Shown here: in pieces, positions 27,919 through 28,906 of the stretch
Layout of the letters: each line of letters starts with the position of its first letter
Position numbering within the stretch: position 1 is the first letter of the stretch
Virus record (IMG/VR): IMGVR_UViG_2548876943_000002
Location: 1-28,906 of that record
Strand: one strand, 5' to 3'
DNA length: 28,906 nt
From: a virus
Lineage: Duplodnaviria > Heunggongvirae > Uroviricota > Caudoviricetes
Notes under the pieces: generated by a model
What the model was told of the DNA's origin: nothing
Database searches by the model: none
What the model saw: only the letters and a program-made list of their open reading frames with translations
Made by a program: the position numbers and the translations under genes

Positions 27919-28089
27919 TTCCTGAACTTCAGAATCATCTTGCTGCTGCTTCGATTCAGCAAGGATAAAGGGTATGATAGTGAAAAGGGATAAAAGCATT
28001 GTCATCTGCGGCAGCTATGAGTAATGTTGGCCCTAACGAATAGCGGTTGCTTAAACGAATCCGACTCTCACATTATCAGGGGTATAAAA

Positions 28090-28419
28090 ATGGAAACTAC
28101 CAAGCCTTCATTCCAGGACGTACTGGAATTTGTTCGTCTGTTCCGTCGTAAGAACAAACTGCAACGTGAAATTCAGGACGTTGAGAAAAAGATCCGTGAC
28201 AACCAGAAGCGCGTCCTGTTGCTGGACAACCTGAGCGATTACATCAAGCCAGGGATGAGCGTTGAAGCAATCCAGGGCATCATCGCCAGCATGAAAGGTG
28301 ACTATGAAGATCGCGTTGACGATTACATCATCAAAAATGCCGAGCTCTCCAAAGAACGCCGCGATATCTCCAAAAAGCTGAAAGCTATGGGCGAAATGAA
28401 AAACGGCGAAGCGAAGTAA
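28090..28419 (+). CDS. yeeX: YeeX (UPF0265/DUF496) small coiled-coil protein
   Basis: [48 protein letters not shown]... recognised from memory. ATG at 28090 chosen over the track start at 28024. Confidence 0.8.
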   Translation: METTKPSFQDVLEFVRLFRRKNKLQREIQDVEKKIRDNQKRVLLLDNLSDYIKPGMSVEAIQGIIASMKGDYEDRVDDYIIKNAELSKERRDISKKLKAMGEMKNGEAK

Positions 28420-28519
28420 TTCCTGTTTTATTCAATGAGGGTTGCCCGGCAACCCTCATTGCTCATTGATTCTTATCTGTGTATCACCGTCATCATTCTC
28501 ATCTGAGAACCTATCGAAA

Positions 28520-28702
28520 TTAGCGGCAGCCTTCTTCTGTATGCAGCAAGGCAAAAAGTTCTGTAACTCCATTGTTATTAACCGCACTGGTTACTAACAC
28601 GTTGTGCGCTCCAGCTTCCCGTAACCAACATTTCACCAAAGATATTTGTTCCATGCTGGCTAAATCTGCTTTGGTTACTACTCCAATGACCGGGTGATTC
28701 AT
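28520..28702 (-). pseudogene. yoeF: EutP/PduV-like GTPase C-terminal fragment (yoeF-like pseudogene)
   Basis: 60-aa ORF with ...GVVTKADLA...VKCWLREAGAHNVLVTSAVNNNGVTEL resembling the C-terminus of EutP/PduV proteins. Too short to be an intact gene; the locus corresponds to yoeF in K-12 by position. Confidence 0.45.
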
Positions 28703-28906
28703 GGCCCGGTAGGGCGTTTTTACCTATAATTCCTGCTTCAGCGCTGAGATTCCTGCTTGTTGCCGGAAAAGCAGGCACCTGCCGTCTGAACGGTATCGAT
28801 CCGGAAGCGTATCTGCGCCATATTCTGAGCATACTGCCGGAATGGCCCTCTAAACGTAACCACAACTGCTGAGGGTATCGGCTTTGCAGGTCAGCCCTTT
28901 TGCATA

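Noticed and set aside
1-28906. CRISPR arrays, integrase or recombinase genes, and IS elements
   Set aside because: No regularly spaced direct repeats, no integrase-like ORF and no intact transposase seen in this window; the integrase is expected at the other prophage end.

Overview
The window holds the right arm of a mosaic P22/Sf6-like lambdoid prophage (about 1-24.5 kb) followed by E. coli core genes dacD-sbmC-yeeA-yeeX and a yoeF-like fragment. The prophage runs from a lambda-like nin region (ninE fragment, ninF, YbcO-like, RusA, NinH-like, Q) through two tRNA-like genes, a lambda-type lysis cassette (S/R/Rz/Rz1), an Sf6/P22-type morphogenesis block (terminase, portal, scaffold, coat, gp4/10/26/14, ejection proteins gp7/20/16), the P22 immI module (mnt, arc, ant with operators) and a mosaic tailspike. 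All calls are by eye and from recalled protein families; no searches were run. The strongest candidate for an undescribed system is an AT-rich insertion between the gp16-like gene and mnt (18.96-20.58 kb): a Panacea/DUF4065-like protein translationally coupled to an unrecognised 139-aa protein, facing a divergent small membrane coiled-coil protein across a repeat-bearing promoter region. It sits where P22 carries sieA/hkcC, so a toxin-antitoxin or superinfection-exclusion role is plausible but unproven.
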